From: Candidatus Omnitrophota bacterium
GTDB lineage: Bacteria > Omnitrophota > Gorgyraeia > Zapsychrales > JANLHA01
Reading direction: 5' to 3'
Length of the DNA stretch: 64,000 bases
Assembly: GCA_022711395.1 (NCBI GenBank)
Contig: JAKLFA010000003.1
Location: 290,509-354,508 of the forward strand
Below: more notes on the stretch, generated by a model. The model made no database searches and was not told where the DNA came from. It was given only the letters and a program-made list of their open reading frames with translations. Position 1 is the stretch's first letter. The stretch is not shown here.

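Overview
The window has two parts. Positions 1-5.7 kb are an ordinary housekeeping segment. It holds a possible gyrB 3' end, gyrA, tRNA-Glu(UUC) with an intrinsic terminator, a carbon-nitrogen hydrolase, malate dehydrogenase and a parvulin-type PPIase lipoprotein. Positions 5.7-24.1 kb are a complete-looking Tad/Flp (tight-adherence) pilus locus. It encodes CpaB/RcpC, a secretin carrying a C-terminal TonB-C domain, a fused TadZ(ParA-like)-TadA(CpaF) ATPase, DUF192, a zinc-ribbon gene on the opposite strand, an HTH protein, 8 Flp-type pilin paralogs, 2 TadE/G-like pseudopilins, a 1474-aa cysteine-rich protein, TadB and TadC. No prepilin peptidase is visible. After a 600-bp AT-rich control region, a single uninterrupted + strand reading frame runs from 24706 to the window end. 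That is at least 39,295 nt (>=13,098 codons), it is still open at 64000, and it is absent from the supplied ORF track. I translated it by eye and checked the frame at seven anchor points. It carries an N-terminal membrane anchor and a C39-like cysteine-peptidase domain, transmembrane and Gly/Ala-rich blocks, PT-rich linkers, two kinase-like domains, an alpha/beta-hydrolase, a lytic-transglycosylase (SLT) domain and a degenerate M23-like domain. It also contains a ~200-nt near-identical tandem duplication and about 13 copies of a short (T/S)N(A/S/P)AV(L/V) peptide motif spaced roughly 1 kb apart. The control region is strewn with an AATGTCCA motif that also flanks the promoter of the HTH-protein gene at 11.2 kb. 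The overall picture is an adhesion-pilus locus coupled to a giant multi-enzyme, cell-wall-active surface protein. This resembles what I recall being described for giant genes next to Tad-like loci in Omnitrophota, but I cannot confirm the taxon from the sequence.
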